Part shown: piece after piece, positions 15,359-15,496 of the stretch
Layout: every line of letters begins with the position of its first letter
Numbering within the stretch: position 1 is the first letter of the stretch
Source: Candidatus Micrarchaeaceae archaeon
Lineage (GTDB): Archaea; Micrarchaeota; Micrarchaeia; Micrarchaeales; Micrarchaeaceae
DNA length: 15,496 nucleotides
Reading direction: 5' to 3'
Assembly: GCA_050013715.1 (NCBI GenBank)
Contig: JBEKES010000021.1
Location: 1-15,496 of the forward strand
Made by a program: the position numbers and the translations under genes
Notes under the pieces: model-generated
Told to the model about the DNA's origin: nothing
The model's database searches: none
Seen by the model: the letters and a program-made list of their open reading frames with translations, nothing else

Positions 15359-15496
15359 ATGAAAATACTACCTGGAAAAAAGTGCAGCTCCTGCGGGCAT
15401 CTCACTCACGAATACACTGAATTCAAGTGCCCAAACTGCGGCAAAGGAAACGTAATAAGGGACAAGCATTGCAGGGAAATATCCAATATTTACAAA
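15359..15496 (+). CDS. Zn-ribbon protein of the COG2888 / HVO_2753 family (truncated by window end)
   Basis: MKILPGKKCSSCG...FKCPNCGKGNVIRDKHCREISNIYK matches the CxSCG / FxCPxCG / IxRCxxCR pattern of the family. Confidence 0.85.
   Translation, partial: MKILPGKKCSSCGHLTHEYTEFKCPNCGKGNVIRDKHCREISNIYK

Noticed and set aside
1..15496. CRISPR array or tandem repeats
   Set aside because: No regularly spaced 25-40 bp repeats seen; the recurrent 32-bp element is dispersed and tied to gene starts.

Overview
Compact archaeal chromosomal window, probably from a small-genome DPANN archaeon such as Micrarchaeota (inferred from the divergent, shortened core proteins, dense packing and pilin-like gene end; no search was run). 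Core genes are a minus-strand cdc6-rnp3(Rpp30)-rnp2(Pop5) unit, aIF-2beta and aIF-1A, SRP RNA, tRNA-Ser(GCT), a divergent PadR / DUF5320-like pair, and a plus-strand run of presenilin-family protease, 4-TM protein with a PLD-like domain, exported Lon-like S16 protease and a Zn-ribbon protein. Between them lie visibly AT-richer orphan genes: a J-domain/TPR chimera, two HExxH zincins, a thermopsin/glutamic-peptidase-like protein and small ORFs. Several of these share a ~32-bp upstream element. Main leads: (1) an SRP RNA with a remodelled S domain; (2) a possible two-protease membrane proteolysis module around the TM-PLD protein; (3) a CTG-initiated Rpp30 in frame with cdc6; (4) the shared promoter element before orphan genes; (5) all three convergent gene junctions are zero-gap palindromic double stops. 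No integrase, transposase or CRISPR array was seen.
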